36,303 bases of DNA from Terrimicrobiaceae bacterium (GCA_041752695.1 JBGSVZ010000007.1:1-36303), one strand, 5' to 3'. Positions 15,212-24,507 are shown, numbered from the stretch's first letter. Notes: generated from the letters alone by a model not told the origin. Program-made: numbers and translations.

Positions 15212-17412
15212 TTCCAGATTCCGAGGAACCCGCCCCCGAGGTCGGGAAAATCACGCCGGCCGACCCGAAACGCAAAGTCTTTGGCTTGCGTTCCGATCTC
15301 GAAGTGACCGAGCAAACCCAACGCGGGTTGCATTATGCCATCATCAAGGATCCGGTGTCGCTGGAGTATTACCGCATCACTTGGACCGACTACGAACTGG
15401 GCATGCTGCTGCGTGGCGCCGACGATGTCGAAGGGTGGATCACCCGGTGGGTGGAAAAATATCCCTCCCTCGGCAAGGAGCCGCGGGAAAAGTTGCTGAT
15501 CAAGGCGAAGGTGCTGCTGGGCAATCTGGAAATTAAACAGCTGTGCGCCCTGTCCGCCCAAGGAGCCCTCAGCTACTCACGGAGTCGCGAGCAAATCCGC
15601 AAGAAAAACCGCCCCATGCGGTGGATGACAAGCTGGTTGATGCTGCGCAAGTCGGTGTATGATCCCGACGCCCTGCTCACCCGCATGGCTCCGCACTTTG
15701 GCTTTCTGTTCCAGCGATGGTTTACGATGCTGTGGCTGGCCCTCATGGTGGGTGCGGTGGCCATCTTCGCCACACATACGGAGGATATCTCGTTCAATCC
15801 GGCGTGGTTTTTTTCCCTGGGCAACCTCATTTTGCTCTACGTCTGTTTTGTCGGGCTGAAGATCGTCCACGAATTCGGACACGGCCTCACGTGCAAACAT
15901 TACGGTGGTGAGGTACATGAGGTCGGCATGATGATGATGGCCTTCCATCCCATGTTTTACGTCAACGTCTCGGACGCCTGGCTGCTGCCGAAAAAATCCC
16001 AGCGCATGGCCGTCTCCGCCGCCGGGGTCTATGTCGAGATGATCTTTGCCTGCATCCTCACGTATGTCTGGGTCCTCCTGGCACCGGGTTTTCTCAAGGA
16101 TTTTTGCTTCAACGCCATTCTGGTCGCCAGCGTCACCACGCTGCTTTTCAACGCGAACCCGCTGATGAAGTTCGACGGATATTACATTCTGAGCGACTGG
16201 CTGGAAATTCCCAATCTGCGCGAACGTTCGATGAAGTTTGTCGCGGGAAAATTCCGGCATCTCTTCTTTGGCAAAGACGCCGCCGAGGAGGCTCGCACGC
16301 CCGAGGTGCTGCGCCAGTCGAGGGCACTGGCGATCTATGCGGTGCTGAGTTTTTTCTACCTGATCTTTGTCATGTGGAACGTTCTCCACATGCTGGACAA
16401 TTTGTTCGACCGGGTCGGCCTGCGTTTCCTCGGCCACTTGCTTGTGCTCATGTGGGTCACCGCATCGCTTGGCTTTCCGATCTGGATGTTTTTCTTCCGC
16501 AAAAAGCCCCAGCAAAAAGAGCGCACCCAGCAGCAGAAAATTCGTCCGTATGTCGTGGCAGGTGGGCTCGCCCTGCTCCTGGTCGCGGTGCTTTCTATCC
16601 CCTGGCAAAAAACGGTCTCGCGCTCGTGCATTTTCGAACTGACAAATCCCTACCGCGTGCGGGCCGAACAGGCGGGGTTTGTGGCCGAGATCAAGCGCCG
16701 GGAGGGGGATTTGGTGGAAAAAGGCGAGGTCCTTGCGCGGCTGCGCAATCCCGAGTTGGAAAGCCTCGCCTTGGCGCAGGCGGAGGCCTTGCGGGAAGTG
16801 GACACGCGTCTGAACCAAGCCCAGAACGAGGACAAGGTCCAGCACTACGAGACCTATCGCCGCCAGCGCAGTGAGCTGGTCGCGGGCATGGAGGAGATCC
16901 GCGCAAAAATCGAGCAACTTAACCTCCGGGCCGGAGCGAAGGGCCGCCTGCTCACCCGGAATCTGCAGGATCAGATGGGGCGTTATCTGAAGCCCGGCGA
17001 AGACTATTGCTCGATTGGTCCGGAAGGGGATTTTGAGGTCCTCATTCCCCTCTCCGAGCGCGAGGCCCGTTTCGTGAAAACCGGGGACACCGCACGACTC
17101 CGCCTCGTCGGCCTGCCGACGGAAACGTTCCACGGGAGAATCACGCAGAAGCCGCTCACCACGATCTCGGGCGAACTTCCCGCCGCCCTGACCTCCCGCC
17201 GCGGCGGGGATGTGGCCAGCACGGTGGACAGCGCGGGCGACGAACAGGTCCTGGAAAAACAATGGTATGCGGTGCTGCGGCTCGACGAACAAAGTGAGTT
17301 GTTGCGGCCGGGCATGACCGGTCGCGTGCGGGTGGACTGCGGCAGCTCTTCCGTGGGCAGCCTGCTGGGCCAGCGCTTGCTGGATTTTGTGAATCTGGAC
17401 TATCGCCTGTGA
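15199..17412 (+). CDS. Site-2 (M50) zinc metallopeptidase with N-terminal PqqD/RRE-like domain, fused to a C-terminal HlyD adaptor domain
   Basis: HEFGH zinc motif (15868-15882), AAGVYVE, NANPLMKFDGYYILSD (NPxDG) and multiple TMs. C-terminal GFVAEIKRREGDLVEKGEVLARL and LRPGMTGRVRV. Alternative TTG start at 15208 overlaps the upstream stop. Confidence 0.88.
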   Translation: MGDLIPDSEEPAPEVGKITPADPKRKVFGLRSDLEVTEQTQRGLHYAIIKDPVSLEYYRITWTDYELGMLLRGADDVEGWITRWVEKYPSLGKEPREKLLIKAKVLLGNLEIKQLCALSAQGALSYSRSREQIRKKNRPMRWMTSWLMLRKSVYDPDALLTRMAPHFGFLFQRWFTMLWLALMVGAVAIFATHTEDISFNPAWFFSLGNLILLYVCFVGLKIVHEFGHGLTCKHYGGEVHEVGMMMMAFHPMFYVNVSDAWLLPKKSQRMAVSAAGVYVEMIFACILTYVWVLLAPGFLKDFCFNAILVASVTTLLFNANPLMKFDGYYILSDWLEIPNLRERSMKFVAGKFRHLFFGKDAAEEARTPEVLRQSRALAIYAVLSFFYLIFVMWNVLHMLDNLFDRVGLRFLGHLLVLMWVTASLGFPIWMFFFRKKPQQKERTQQQKIRPYVVAGGLALLLVAVLSIPWQKTVSRSCIFELTNPYRVRAEQAGFVAEIKRREGDLVEKGEVLARLRNPELESLALAQAEALREVDTRLNQAQNEDKVQHYETYRRQRSELVAGMEEIRAKIEQLNLRAGAKGRLLTRNLQDQMGRYLKPGEDYCSIGPEGDFEVLIPLSEREARFVKTGDTARLRLVGLPTETFHGRITQKPLTTISGELPAALTSRRGGDVASTVDSAGDEQVLEKQWYAVLRLDEQSELLRPGMTGRVRVDCGSSSVGSLLGQRLLDFVNLDYRL

Positions 17413-18107
17413 AGCTAACCCACGCTGTGTTTTTCGTGGGCCTGATCGCGGCGACCCTCTGCGCGCATGAGCCCGCGGTCTTAAACGATGAGGCGGTGGA
17501 AATTCGGGTGGTGGCGGTCGCCGCCGGCAAGCCGGATCTGGCCCATGTGCGCGGCACGGCCTTTCTGGTGGGACCCCGCGGCCTCCTGGCCACGGCCGAA
17601 CATGTGGTGCTCAACGAGAAGAAGGAAGTGATCCCGGATCTTTTTGTGCTCCGACCGACGCCCCCCAATGTCACGGCCAGTCGGGTGAAGGTGGTGAAGC
17701 GCTTTGAGAATGGCCGCGATCTCGCCCTGCTGCAAATAAACCGGAAGCCGGACGAACCCGATCTGCCTTTTTTCGAAATTGGCGAAACCCCGCGGACGGG
17801 ACAGGAAATTTTCATCGCGGGCTATCCCCTCGTTTTCGACAAGGTCTATCGCTGGCCGCTTTTTCGTTTTGGACGGATAGGTTCCGTGCGATATTATCTG
17901 CGCCAGAGCAAGGTCCTCGTCCTTGATCTGGTCTCTGCGGATGGTTTCAGCGGATCCCCTCTCATTCGCTTCCACGATGGCAAAGTGCTCGGCGTGCTCA
18001 AAGGTGGCGCGACCGGCAACGCCCAGGCGGGGTTTTCCGTCGCGACCGAGCTGTCTGCATCCGATCTTGTCTTATCGGCCGAGGGGAGCGCAAAATCTTC
18101 GCCCTGA
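17409..18107 (+). CDS. Secreted trypsin-like (S1) serine protease
   Basis: Signal peptide MKLTHAVFFVGLIAATLCA and catalytic triad motifs TAEHV, DLALL, GFSGSP. GTGA coupling to the M50 gene. Confidence 0.85.
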   Translation: MKLTHAVFFVGLIAATLCAHEPAVLNDEAVEIRVVAVAAGKPDLAHVRGTAFLVGPRGLLATAEHVVLNEKKEVIPDLFVLRPTPPNVTASRVKVVKRFENGRDLALLQINRKPDEPDLPFFEIGETPRTGQEIFIAGYPLVFDKVYRWPLFRFGRIGSVRYYLRQSKVLVLDLVSADGFSGSPLIRFHDGKVLGVLKGGATGNAQAGFSVATELSASDLVLSAEGSAKSSP

Positions 18108-18124
18108 CCCTGCGAAACTCATTC

Positions 18125-19270
18125 ATGTCTCATCAAGTCGTTCCGGATTCCACCTCGTTTGACGACGTTATCCTTGCTCTGCACGACAGTTCCGACCTGC
18201 GGTCTCTCTTTCGCTCGGCTTCGGAGGGTGCGGCGCAACTCTTTGGGGCCACCGATTTTCGCCTGATTCTCTCCCGCGGCCCCGGCTTGCCCGGTTTGGT
18301 CTGGCGGATGACCGCGGGCGGGGTGCAGGAAACTTTCCTCGATCCCCGCTGGCTTCTCGCGCCCATGGCGATTGCCTTGCGCCATCGTCTTGGACCTACG
18401 GTGCTTGATGTCGCCCCCGGCAGGGGCGATGCCGCCCGGCTTCCCCAAGCCCTGTTTTCCGGGCAAACCCTGGAGGCGGCGGTGGGGCTTCCCGTCCAGT
18501 GCGGCAGGAACGATCTTCATCTGCTTGTGCTTGTTGGCGGGCGGAGTTTGGCTGACGCATGTGCCCAGCCCGGGCTTGGACTTTTTCACCGCCATTTTCA
18601 AACCGCGCTGGAACGTTTCCTCCGCACAGAAGCCGAGGGCTCCATCGTCCTGGCCTTGCGCGGGTTTGTCAGCAATTCCTGCACAGGCTTGGTCACCCTC
18701 GATTGGGATCTGCGTCCCTGCTATTCGAATCGTTCCGCCGTCCAGTTGTGCGAACTTTGGGTCCATCGACCGGAAACCGAAGGGACCAAAAGTGCAAAGG
18801 CTCGGGTCTCCCTGCCCGAGGAAATTTTCAAGGAATGTGTCCAGCTGAAGATCAGCCTCGCCGGGCAGAAGGCGGACAAAGATCGCTCCGAGCCTCTCCG
18901 CGTTTTGGAGTGTGCCGCTGTTCCCGGCCTCCGGGCCACCATCCGCCTGGTCCGACCCTCCGCCGCGGGGCTGCGCCGTCCGTTTTTTCAGGTCCGCTTC
19001 GAGCGTCCCATCGGTGCAAACGGTCAGGGGCGAAATGGGAAAAATGGCCTTTCCGAAGACATGCGGAATTTCCTCAGTCCCAGCGAACGCGAAATTCTCG
19101 AAGTCGCCGCCCAGGGGCTCTCCAACGAGGAAATCGCCAGGCGCATGGGCAAAAGCCTCGCCACGGTCAAATCCCAGATCCAATCCATCTACCGCAAACT
19201 CTCCGTCTCGAACCGCAGCGGGTTGATTGCGCGCATCTCCGGGTTTTCCCCGGCCCAAGCGGAACCTTAA
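18125..19270 (+). CDS. LuxR/NarL-type HTH transcriptional regulator with large N-terminal sensor region
   Basis: C-terminal LSPSEREILEVAAQGLSNEEIARRMGKSLATVKSQIQSIYRKLSVSNR. No receiver-domain motifs at the N-terminus. Confidence 0.88.
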   Translation: MSHQVVPDSTSFDDVILALHDSSDLRSLFRSASEGAAQLFGATDFRLILSRGPGLPGLVWRMTAGGVQETFLDPRWLLAPMAIALRHRLGPTVLDVAPGRGDAARLPQALFSGQTLEAAVGLPVQCGRNDLHLLVLVGGRSLADACAQPGLGLFHRHFQTALERFLRTEAEGSIVLALRGFVSNSCTGLVTLDWDLRPCYSNRSAVQLCELWVHRPETEGTKSAKARVSLPEEIFKECVQLKISLAGQKADKDRSEPLRVLECAAVPGLRATIRLVRPSAAGLRRPFFQVRFERPIGANGQGRNGKNGLSEDMRNFLSPSEREILEVAAQGLSNEEIARRMGKSLATVKSQIQSIYRKLSVSNRSGLIARISGFSPAQAEP

Positions 19271-19283
19271 CCCGCCCGTTTTT

Positions 19284-20039
19284 ATGAAGTTTTCCATCCT
19301 CCTCACCACCGTCCTTTTCGTTCTGCCTTTCGGCCTTCGCGCCGCGGACAATCCCATTGAGGCCAGTGGCATTGTGGTGCCCTGCGAACAGATCGAACTC
19401 GCCGCCGCCAGCGATGGCATCTTCGACGTGGTTAATGTGTCCGAGGGCGACCGCGTGAAATTGGGGGAAGCGCTGGGAAACCTCAACCTCGCCTCCGCGG
19501 AGGTCGAACTCACCCGCCGGAAGTTGATCGCGGAAAAACTGGGCAGCACGTTCGCCTCGGCCAAAAGGCTCTACGCGGACAAAATCATGAGCAAAGATGA
19601 ATATGATGAGGCGGAAATCGCCTTCCTCACGGCCAAGACGGAACGCGATCTGGCGGAAATTCTCTTTCAGGAAAAATTCATCAAGGCGCCGTTCGAGGGA
19701 TATGTTCTGCGCCTGCTCAAAAAGAAGGGCGAGGCCGTGCAGCGCCTGGAGACGGTGGCGAAGCTTGTTTCGATCCGGCAGCTTAATGTCATTATCTACC
19801 TGGACGCGGACAAAATTCAGAAGGTGTTCGAGGGTCAGAAGGTGGAGGCCCGCATCGATGGTGTTTCCGACCAGGTCTTTCCCGGGGTGGTGGCAACGGT
19901 CGATCCGGTGATTGATCCGGGCAGCGGCCTCTTCCGCGTGAAAATCAGTATTGAAAACCCCGAGGAAAAAGTGCGCTCCGGCCCCCGGGCCAGCGTGAAA
20001 ATTCTTCTCGCCGACGCGAGCATCCCCGCCGCGCCCTAA
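19284..20039 (+). CDS. RND/HlyD-type periplasmic adaptor subunit with Sec signal peptide
   Basis: ATG 19284, MKFSILLTTVLFVLPFGLRA signal, GIFDVVNVSEGDRVKLGE, IKAPFEG, VDPVIDPGSGLFRVK. Confidence 0.85.
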   Translation: MKFSILLTTVLFVLPFGLRAADNPIEASGIVVPCEQIELAAASDGIFDVVNVSEGDRVKLGEALGNLNLASAEVELTRRKLIAEKLGSTFASAKRLYADKIMSKDEYDEAEIAFLTAKTERDLAEILFQEKFIKAPFEGYVLRLLKKKGEAVQRLETVAKLVSIRQLNVIIYLDADKIQKVFEGQKVEARIDGVSDQVFPGVVATVDPVIDPGSGLFRVKISIENPEEKVRSGPRASVKILLADASIPAAP

Positions 20040-20090
20040 GCCTCCCGGTCCTTTCACGCTCCGTGCTGACCGGGGCGCGTCCCATTATTC

Positions 20091-21368
20091 ATGAGTGAAG
20101 TCATTCGAGTCGAAAACCTGAGCAAACGCTACCGCCTGGGCGTGATTAACCGCGGCATGCTCTACCGCGATCTGCAGAGCTGGTGGGCGCGTCTGCGCCA
20201 AAAAGATGACCCCAATGCGCCGATCGTTTCCCGGCATGCCAAACGCATCGAGCATGGCGATGAATTCTGGGCGCTCCGGGACATCAATTTTACAGTCAAA
20301 CAGGGCGAGACCCTCGGCATCATCGGCCGGAACGGCGCAGGCAAATCCACCCTGTTGAAAATCCTCAGCCGCATCACGTCCCCCACCGAGGGCAAGGTTT
20401 CCATGAAGGGCCGCGTCGCCAGCCTGCTGGAGGTCGGCACGGGGTTTCATCCGGAACTTACCGGGCGCGAAAATGTGTACCTCAACGGGGCGATTCTCGG
20501 CATGTCGCGGCTGGAAGTGCGCGGGAAATTTGACGAGATCGTGGAGTTTTCCGGCCTGTCGGATTTTATCGACACCCCAGTGAAGCGCTATTCCAGCGGC
20601 ATGTATGTGCGACTGGCTTTTGCCGTCGCGGCGCATCTTGAACCGGAGATTCTGGTGGTGGACGAGGTGCTTGCGGTGGGCGACGCGGAATTTCAGAAAA
20701 AGTGCCTCGGCCGGATGGGTCAGGTCACGCGCGAAGGGCGCACGATTCTGTTTGTCAGTCACAACATGAATGCCGTGCAGACGCTCTGCCGCCGCGGCAT
20801 CGTGATCGACGATGGGAAGATCGATTTTGATGGCGAAGCCAAGGCCGCGGCAAATCATTACCTGCACCGCAATGCGCCCACCGCCGACAGTTACAAAAAC
20901 CCCGCCAATCGTGGCGGAACGGGAACGTTCCGGGTCGAAAACATCACGTTTACGGATGATCAGGGGCGGCCTCGGCCGGAGCCGGTCAACGGGGAAACGC
21001 TCCAGGTCCATTTTGCGTATAAACATTATTCCGACCAGCGCTTTCCGGGCATGCAGTTTTCGGTGACCTTCGGCACGCCCGACCAGATCAACATTTTCAA
21101 CCAACGCAACACTCTCAAGGGCGTCTCGTTCAAGGATCTGCCGGAGGAAGGGGAGATTGTTCTGACCATTCCCCGGTTTCCCCTGCCGGCCGGAGACTAC
21201 GAGCTCTCCTACAGCATCAAGTCGGACAAACGGGCCGGCGACGTGCTCGATTGTTCGCATGTGGGGATGAGTCTCACGGTGCAGGACGGGGCGTTTTTCG
21301 GGACGGGCAATTCTCTCTCCGCGGTCTCCGGCCTCTGCCTGGTGGACGGGGACTGGCACGTGGCCTGA
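20091..21368 (+). CDS. wzt: Polysaccharide ABC transporter ATP-binding protein with C-terminal Wzt_C-like domain
   Basis: FWALRDINF, Walker A GRNGAGKST, LEVGTGFHPELTGREN, YSSGM, Walker B ILVVDEVLAVGDAEFQKKC, and a C-terminal Ig-like extension. Confidence 0.92.
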   Translation: MSEVIRVENLSKRYRLGVINRGMLYRDLQSWWARLRQKDDPNAPIVSRHAKRIEHGDEFWALRDINFTVKQGETLGIIGRNGAGKSTLLKILSRITSPTEGKVSMKGRVASLLEVGTGFHPELTGRENVYLNGAILGMSRLEVRGKFDEIVEFSGLSDFIDTPVKRYSSGMYVRLAFAVAAHLEPEILVVDEVLAVGDAEFQKKCLGRMGQVTREGRTILFVSHNMNAVQTLCRRGIVIDDGKIDFDGEAKAAANHYLHRNAPTADSYKNPANRGGTGTFRVENITFTDDQGRPRPEPVNGETLQVHFAYKHYSDQRFPGMQFSVTFGTPDQINIFNQRNTLKGVSFKDLPEEGEIVLTIPRFPLPAGDYELSYSIKSDKRAGDVLDCSHVGMSLTVQDGAFFGTGNSLSAVSGLCLVDGDWHVA

Positions 21369-21371
21369 GCT

Positions 21372-21977
21372 ATGACTAAACATTCGCTTTGGGAAGATTG
21401 GAACGCCGGGGGCGGGCCTAAGTATCCGCATGAAAAGGTCGTGCAGTTTTGCTTCCGGAACTTCCCCCAGGAAACCCGCGCCGGCGTGCGGGCCCTCGAC
21501 CTCGGCTGCGGTGGCGGGGTGCACACGCTATTTCTCGCCACGGAGGGCTTTCAGGTCACCGCCTGCGACATTTCCGAAAACGGCGTGCGGAACACTCTGG
21601 CCGGACTGCATTCACGGGGCCTCGACGCTCCCGTGGCCGTTTGCCCGATGGAGGAGATTGATTATCCGCCGCGATCGTTCGATCTGGTCTTGTGCATCGC
21701 GGTGCTTGGCGCGGCGGGTCCGGCGGCTACCAAAGGCGGCCTGGACCGTCTGCCCGCAATCTGCCGTCCGGGCGCCAAGGGATTTTTTCTTTTCGAGGCC
21801 AATGATGATTTTCACACCAACGGCGACGATCCCCTGGAGCTTCACGGCTACACCCGCGAGGAGGTGGAGGATCTTTTCCTGACCCGCTTCGCCAACGTTT
21901 GGATCGACGAGCATACCTCCACCTATAAAAATGGCGCTCTGTTCCAAAAGGATTGGCTCGTCACCGTCTTTTTCTAA
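21372..21977 (+). CDS. Class I SAM-dependent methyltransferase
   Basis: ALDLGCGGG motif I, VTACDIS, SFDLVLC. Confidence 0.88.
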   Translation: MTKHSLWEDWNAGGGPKYPHEKVVQFCFRNFPQETRAGVRALDLGCGGGVHTLFLATEGFQVTACDISENGVRNTLAGLHSRGLDAPVAVCPMEEIDYPPRSFDLVLCIAVLGAAGPAATKGGLDRLPAICRPGAKGFFLFEANDDFHTNGDDPLELHGYTREEVEDLFLTRFANVWIDEHTSTYKNGALFQKDWLVTVFF

Positions 21978-21987
21978 CCACCGGCCC

Positions 21988-23238
21988 ATGAAAATCCTCA
22001 TCGCCACTGGCCTCTGGCCCAACTCGCAGCACACCGTGCGGGGCGGCAACATCATTATCTTTGAGATGATCCGCCTCCTCGCGGAGCAGCCGGGCGTGAG
22101 TGTGGTGGTGCAAAAAGTCTCCAAACCGCGCGAACCCCAGGCCACGGAAGATGAGGTCGCTTCGCGAAAAATTCTCGCCTCCCTCAAGGGAGTCACCGTG
22201 CTGGACGAATACCGTCAGCAGGAAAATGAGATTGCCCCCCGCCGCGCCGATCGCTGGCGGCTTCTGTTTCCCAAGGTGGAGGACTATTATCCCGACTGGC
22301 CCGCGCGGGAACGCTGGCAGCACCACCTGCTCGCCCTCAAGCCCGACGTTGTTCTCATTCCGCTGAGCGAATGGATTACCGCCATGACCAGCGGCGTGCC
22401 GATGAAGACCTACGCGTATTACGGGAATCCCGATCCGAAATCCCGGCGTCGGCGCGATGATTTTTCCCTCGAACAAAAACGCATCGGGATGTTCGAACAC
22501 CGCAAACGCCGCTGGGACATGGCCCACCTGGAACGTTTTCACCTGCAGATCATGCGGGGTATTTCGCACTGCGGGAACGTCTCGCTCAACGATGCCCAAT
22601 ATTACACCGGGCATGGGCATCCCAATGCGTTTTACGTGCCGCACCTTTGGACCGACCATCCGCCCGCGACCCGGGCTTTTGAGCGGGAACCCAAGCCCAT
22701 CGCGCCGGTGCGGGTGATCGCCAATATTGGGAAACTCGACGCCACCGCCAATCGCGATGGACTCCTGGTGCTGGCGGACCAACTGCTGCCGCTTTTCCGG
22801 GGTGGAGAAATGCAGTGGGAAATCCTCGGGGCCAACAAACTCGACGCCCATGTCCGTAACCGTCTGTCCCGCACGGACGTCGCCTTTCGCGGCTGGGTGC
22901 TCGATATCGACGAGGAAATGGCCTCGGCGCAGATTTTTCTCTGCTTGAACAACGCCAGTCCCTACAAGGTCGGCCACACCCGCTATCTCCATGCCATGAG
23001 CCTTGGCTGCTGCATCGTGGCTCATCAGGACGTCCGGCTGTCCATGCCCGAACTGGTCCACCGGGAGAATTGCCTCCTCGGGGCCACGATTCCGGATGTC
23101 GCCAATCTGGTGCGCGAGGCGGCCGGCAACGCGGCGCTTCGTTCCGCGCTCGGCCGGGGGGCGGTAAAAACCTTTCACGAAAAATTCACCGGTCAGGCGG
23201 TCGTCCCTCAAATCGTCGCCGGTCTGCAAAAATCATGA
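21988..23238 (+). CDS. GT-B fold glycosyltransferase (GT4-like)
   Basis: ATG 21988, MKILIATG, KPDVVLI, FRGWV, HAMSLGCCIVA, ENCLL, and LGRGAVKTFHEKFT C-terminal helix. Confidence 0.75.
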   Translation: MKILIATGLWPNSQHTVRGGNIIIFEMIRLLAEQPGVSVVVQKVSKPREPQATEDEVASRKILASLKGVTVLDEYRQQENEIAPRRADRWRLLFPKVEDYYPDWPARERWQHHLLALKPDVVLIPLSEWITAMTSGVPMKTYAYYGNPDPKSRRRRDDFSLEQKRIGMFEHRKRRWDMAHLERFHLQIMRGISHCGNVSLNDAQYYTGHGHPNAFYVPHLWTDHPPATRAFEREPKPIAPVRVIANIGKLDATANRDGLLVLADQLLPLFRGGEMQWEILGANKLDAHVRNRLSRTDVAFRGWVLDIDEEMASAQIFLCLNNASPYKVGHTRYLHAMSLGCCIVAHQDVRLSMPELVHRENCLLGATIPDVANLVREAAGNAALRSALGRGAVKTFHEKFTGQAVVPQIVAGLQKS

Positions 23239-24506
23239 GTCTCACCATTGGAATCACCGGTCTCGGTTATGTCGGACTGCCCCTGGCGTTGCGGTTCGCG
23301 GAATCCGGCGCGAAGGTTATCGGTTTCGATATCGACCCGCAAAAGGTCGTTGCGCTCAATGCCGGGGAAAGTTACATCCGCCACATTGAGGCCGCCCGCG
23401 TCCGCGCCGCGTTGACAGATGGACGCTTCGGCGCAACGACGGATTTCTTGAGGATCGGCGAATGCGATGCCGTCCTGATCTGTGTGCCGACCCCGCTGAC
23501 ACGCAATCGGGAGCCGGATTTGAGTTACGTTTTGGGCACGGCCCGGTTGATCGGTCCGCATCTGCGCATGGGCGCGTTGGTCTGTCTGGAGTCCACCACC
23601 TATCCCGGCACCACGGACGAAAGCCTCCGCGCCGTTCTCGAAGAGACGTCCGGCCTCACGGCGGGCGCGGACTTTCATCTCGCGTATTCGCCCGAGCGCG
23701 AGGATCCCGGTAACCCGGCCAGCAATGTCGCGCACATCCCCAAGGTTGTCGGGGGGCTCACCGACCCCTGCCTCAAAAAAGCATTGGAGGTCTATGGCAT
23801 CGCCATCGAAAAACTCGTGCCGGTTTCGTCCTGCCGCGCCGCCGAAGCCACCAAGCTGATGGAGAACATTTTCCGCTCGGTAAACATCGCCCTCGTGAAC
23901 GAACTCAAGGTGGTTTACGAGGCCATGGACATCGACATCTGGGAGGTGATTGAAGCCGCGAAAACCAAACCCTTTGGCTACATGCCCTTTTACCCGGGCC
24001 CCGGCCTCGGCGGGCATTGCATTCCGATTGACCCCTTTTATTTGACGTGGAAGGCGCGGGAATATGGCAAACATACCCGGTTCATCGAACTCGCCGGCGA
24101 AATTAACACCGGCATGCCGGACTATGTGATCGGCAAGGTGATGGAGACACTCAATGCCGACGCCAAGGCGGTGAACGGCGCGAAAATTCTTCTGCTGGGC
24201 CTCGCTTACAAAGCCAACGTTGATGATGACCGTGAGTCGCCCTCCTACATCCTGATGGAAAAGCTCGAGGCCCTGGGTGCTACGGTTTCGTACAACGACC
24301 CTTTTGTTCCCGAAATCCGCCCCTCGCGCGAACATGCCGCGCTGGCCGGCCGCAAGTCGGTGGAAATCTCCAATGCCTTCGACCTGCTTCTGCTTGTTAC
24401 GGCGCATGATGCCTATCGGTCGTTCGACTTTTCGCAAATCACCATCCCGGTGGTGGACAGCCGGGGATGTGTGGATGCCACCTCGTGCCGCGTCGTAAGA
24501 TCTTAG
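23235..24506 (+). CDS. Nucleotide-sugar (UDP-GlcNAc/GalNAc) 6-dehydrogenase, WbpA/TviB-like
   Basis: ATGA overlap at 23235. GLGYVGLPLA, ICVPTP, ESTTYPGTT, SPEREDPGN, GGHCIPIDP, GLAYK..D.RESP. Confidence 0.92.
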   Translation: MSLTIGITGLGYVGLPLALRFAESGAKVIGFDIDPQKVVALNAGESYIRHIEAARVRAALTDGRFGATTDFLRIGECDAVLICVPTPLTRNREPDLSYVLGTARLIGPHLRMGALVCLESTTYPGTTDESLRAVLEETSGLTAGADFHLAYSPEREDPGNPASNVAHIPKVVGGLTDPCLKKALEVYGIAIEKLVPVSSCRAAEATKLMENIFRSVNIALVNELKVVYEAMDIDIWEVIEAAKTKPFGYMPFYPGPGLGGHCIPIDPFYLTWKAREYGKHTRFIELAGEINTGMPDYVIGKVMETLNADAKAVNGAKILLLGLAYKANVDDDRESPSYILMEKLEALGATVSYNDPFVPEIRPSREHAALAGRKSVEISNAFDLLLLVTAHDAYRSFDFSQITIPVVDSRGCVDATSCRVVRS

Positions 24507-24507
24507 A

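Noticed and set aside
20044..20074. Imperfect hairpin CCCGGTC...GACCGGG between the adaptor gene and wzt
   Set aside because: It is bulged and has no U-tract, so there is not enough support to call a terminator or ncRNA.
20091..21368. ABC ATPase as the T1SS exporter of the RTX proteins
   Set aside because: It has no transmembrane or C39 domain, and its motifs (GFHPELTGREN, YSSGM) are specific to Wzt polysaccharide exporters.
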